A DNA stretch of 64,000 nucleotides from Treponema sp. Its GTDB lineage: Bacteria; Spirochaetota; Spirochaetia; Treponematales; Treponemataceae. The position numbers and the translations under genes are program-made. This document shows, in pieces, positions 63,657-64,000 of this stretch (its first letter is position 1; the number at the start of each line of letters is the position of its first letter). The stretch is taken from assembly GCA_016288205.1 (NCBI GenBank), contig JAEEYO010000013.1, positions 1,700-65,699 of the forward strand. Reading direction: 5' to 3'. The notes under the pieces are model-generated. The model was not told the DNA's origin. It saw nothing but the letters and a program-made list of their open reading frames with translations, and did not search any database.

Positions 63657-64000
63657 TCAGCTTCCAATTTCCAATGCCGCGGCGAACATTTCCTTGCTTC
63701 CCTGGATTACGCTGCTGTTTGCCTCGTAAGCACGGTTGGCTGAAATCATGTCCACCATCTCATTCACGATGTTCACGTTCGGATACTCAACATATCCCTT
63801 GTTCGGACCGGACTGGATTGCGTCGGGATGGGTTGGATCGTAAACCATGCGTCCCTGTGTGGTGTCCTTGACAATCTCACGAACGCGCACTCCCCTTCCA
63901 GGACCGTTATCCATATCAGAGGAAACAAAAGGACTCCTCATCACGGGATGCTCGGATGCCACAGGCTCAAAAATCACAGTCTGTTTGCGGTATGCTCCGC
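63657..64000 (-). CDS. flgC: Flagellar basal-body rod protein FlgC, C-terminal part; the gene continues beyond the window end
   Basis: The frame is open to the window edge (..GAYRKQTVIFEP..). The C-terminus NIVNEMVDMISANRAYEANSSVI is canonical FlgC. Confidence 0.9.
   Translation of the reverse strand, partial: GAYRKQTVIFEPVASEHPVMRSPFVSSDMDNGPGRGVRVREIVKDTTQGRMVYDPTHPDAIQSGPNKGYVEYPNVNIVNEMVDMISANRAYEANSSVIQGSKEMFAAALEIGS

Noticed and set aside
1-64000. Mobile elements, prophage, defence islands or toxin-antitoxin pairs
   Set aside because: No ORF shows transposase, integrase, recombinase, restriction-modification, Cas, abortive-infection or toxin-antitoxin signatures. tRNA genes are not flanked by direct repeats or integrases. 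I judge the window to be core chromosome, apart from the possibly acquired sugar locus at 47.5-53.2 kb.

Overview
The window looks like a chromosomal segment from a Treponema-like spirochaete. Supporting evidence: the flgC-fliE-fliF-fliG-fliH-fliI-fliJ block, two FlaA-type flagellar sheath paralogues, a complete V-type ATPase operon, and DapL. About 90% of it is coding, and nearly all genes are on the minus strand. The exception is a plus-strand sugar-utilisation island at 47.5-53.2 kb.

Core content, in window order:
- rsfS (partial), an LCP-family protein, yqeK, nadD, obg, rpmA, prp, rplU
- an RluA-family pseudouridine synthase, lepA, an HtrA-like protease, a TPR/Ca-loop exported protein, tilS, a GGDEF-EAL sensor, tRNA-Leu
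- a two-gene module of unknown function (an 886-aa acidic membrane protein plus a 170-aa DUF2062-like protein)
- dapL, a histidine kinase/OmpR pair, and the V-ATPase operon (stalk-C-I-K-F-E-A-B-D) flanked by a PtsN-like EIIA and a universal stress protein
- secG, PurO-type IMP cyclohydrolase, argG, flaA x2, a TrpR/YerC-like protein, rplY, tRNA-Gln, spoVG, ispE
- an MCP, tRNA-Gln and tRNA-Glu, an ABC-F ATPase, an SH3 lipoprotein, an FGE-domain protein
- a GH36 alpha-galactosidase / GT-B glycosyltransferase / TetR / GPH symporter locus, EamA and MFS transporters, a TGS-uridine kinase fusion, and the flagellar export/basal-body genes

I found no transposase, integrase, CRISPR array, toxin-antitoxin pair or recognisable defence system.

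The most unusual thing I can see directly is a dispersed purine-tract repeat family (GTGGAAAG / GTTGAAAG / GGAAAAC units). It has at least six copies, all at gene 3' ends or between convergent genes. One copy is a tandem 14-mer array carrying 15 GGA motifs.

All coordinates for promoters, terminators, tRNAs and revised start codons were derived by eye from the sequence and need computational confirmation.
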